A stretch of DNA of 63,564 nt, the filler included, from Octopus bimaculoides (taxonomy: Eukaryota): NCBI RefSeq assembly GCF_001194135.2. It is 6 parts of 6 records of this genome, joined end to end, with 100 filler letters (N's around TTAATTAATTAA, not from the genome) between each part and the next. Parts side by side here need not be neighbours in the genome. Positions count along the whole stretch, not along the records: positions 58,550 to 63,564 come from NW_026404807.1; 5 more parts are not named here. One strand, 5' to 3'. The notes beneath the pieces are model-generated. The model was given only the letters and a program-made list of their open reading frames with translations. It was not told the origin of the DNA and did no database searches. Positions 61,501-63,564 of this stretch are shown in pieces (position 1 is the first letter of the stretch; every line of letters starts with the position of its first letter). The position numbers and the translations under genes were made by a program.

Positions 61501-63564
61501 TACATTAGGTACGCAATTATGAACGTACTTACATACGTACATACATACATACAAACACAAATACGTGCATTACGTACCTACGTGCGTACCTATATACTAA
61601 ATACGTGCATACGTACATACATACATACATACATATATACGTGCATACGTACATTACGTACATACGAACGTACATACGTACAAACGTATGTACATACATA
61701 CATTTCGTACGTACGTACATACATATGTACATAGGTACATACGTACATACATGCATTCTTTCATTCATACACACATACATNNNNNNNNNNTAGGTACATA
61801 CGTACATACATGCATTCTTTCATTCATACACACATACATACATACATACATACGTACGTACATTACGTACGGACGCACGTACGTTCAAACGTACATATGA
61901 ACATTTATACGTACATTTATATATACATACATACATACGTACATTACGTACGTACGTACATATGTACATACGAACATAAGTACATACCTACATACANNNN
62001 NNNNNNCATACATACATACATACTTACATACATACGTACGTACGTAGTTGCGTACGTACATACATACGTACATACGTACATACGTACGTAGTTGCGTACG
62101 TACATACATACGTACATACGTACTTACATATGTATACACATACACACATGCATAGTACATTACGTACGTACATAAGTACACACATGCATACAGACATACA
62201 TACANNNNNNNNNNTACATTACGTACGTACATAAGTACACACATGCATACAGACATACATACATTACGTACGCAAGTACGTACTTACATACGAAAATACG
62301 TATATACGTACATACATACAAACATACATCACATACGAACGTACGTACATAAGTCCACACGTACATTCAGACATACGTGCATACGTACATACAAACATAC
62401 ATACATACATTCATATATACATACATTACGTACATACGTACAGACGTACATACGTACAGACCTACATACGTACAGACATACATACGTACAGACATACATA
62501 CATACATGCATACATACATACATACTAACATTAGGTACGCACGTACGAATGTACGTACATACGTACCTGCCTACATACATACATACATACATACATACAT
62601 ACATACATNNNNNNNNNNACATACATACATACATACATACATACATACATACATAGGTACATCACGTACCAACCTACGTTCATACATACTACATACGTAC
62701 ATACGTACATGCATACACACATATATACGCACATACTTACATACGTACATACAGAAATGAATATATACATACATACGTGCTTACGTACATTACGTACGTA
62801 CGTACTACGTACTTACGTACATATGTAAATACGTACGTACAATCGCATATCCGTACATAAGTGCATACCTACAAACATACATACATACATACGTTCGTAC
62901 GTAATTACTTACGTACCTACATGCGTACATACGTACATATTTACATACGTACAAACATACATACATACGTACATAGATACATACGTATATTACGTAAGTG
63001 ATGANNNNNNNNNNCATACATACATACGTACATAGATACATACGTATATTACGTAAGTGATGACGCACGTACATACGTACATACGTATATACATACATAC
63101 ATACATATATTATGTACGTACGTATGTACATACGTACATTCGTACATATGTATATAGATACATACATACGTACATAAGTAGAATACGTACGTACGTACGT
63201 ACATACGTAACAATACGTACATACAATACATAAGTACATATACGTACATAAGTATATACATACATGCCTACATACGCATATACGAGCATTAGGAACGTAC
63301 GTACGAACGTACGTACATAACTACATACGTTAATACGTACATAAGTACACACCTACATACATACATACATACATACGTAGATTAAGTACGTCCGTACATA
63401 CTACATACATACATACGAACATACGTACATACGTAGATTACGTACGTACTTACATACGCACATACGTACATAAATGCATACATAAATACATACATTATGT
63501 ACGTACATACATACAACATACGTGCATACATACATACATACATACATACATACATACATACATA
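58590..63564. repeat. ~5-kb degenerate TACA/TACG/TATA satellite
   Basis: Continuous ACAT/ACGT tetramer mosaic with recurring TACATTACGTACGTAC; explains all ORFs in this region. Confidence 0.95.

Noticed and set aside
60790-63070. Short exact duplications flanking 10-N gaps as higher-order repeats
   Set aside because: The pattern is typical of unmerged contig overlaps.
199-63352. Most ORF-track entries (YLSI, HTHT, VCVC, ERER, poly-V/L/S, YVRT and X-filled ORFs)
   Set aside because: They are translations of microsatellites, low-complexity tracts or N gaps.

Overview
AT-rich, microsatellite-saturated eukaryotic DNA with many N gaps. The SINE families and repeat landscape look like an octopus genome (inference from recognised repeat sequences). 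Five gaps contain an artificial 44N-TTAATTAATTAA-44N spacer, so contiguity across them is uncertain. I find no convincing host protein-coding gene. Almost all ORF-track entries are translations of microsatellites or gaps. Real coding remnants are all transposon-derived: a CR1-group LINE RT (14.6-15.9 kb), a pogo/Tigger transposase with TIRs (16.3-18.5 kb), an RTE LINE (20.6-21.7 kb), R4/Dong-like LINE fragments, and a Helitron 5' end plus Rep fragment (52.0-53.8 kb). There are also many tRNA-derived SINEs and hAT/Charlie MITEs with 8-bp TSDs. The main observation is about ten type I hammerhead ribozyme (HHR) motifs, found by eye. Five of them, at four loci (5.1-5.5, 23.7-24.0, 35.2-35.8, 39.8-41.1 kb), sit in a mutually homologous family of ~335-390-nt non-coding units. 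These units occur as tandem repeats or differently permuted monomers and show compensatory changes in stems I-III, which matches non-LTR retrozymes (self-cleaving, circRNA-producing retroelements). The other HHRs look Penelope-associated. Activity and expression are untested predictions.
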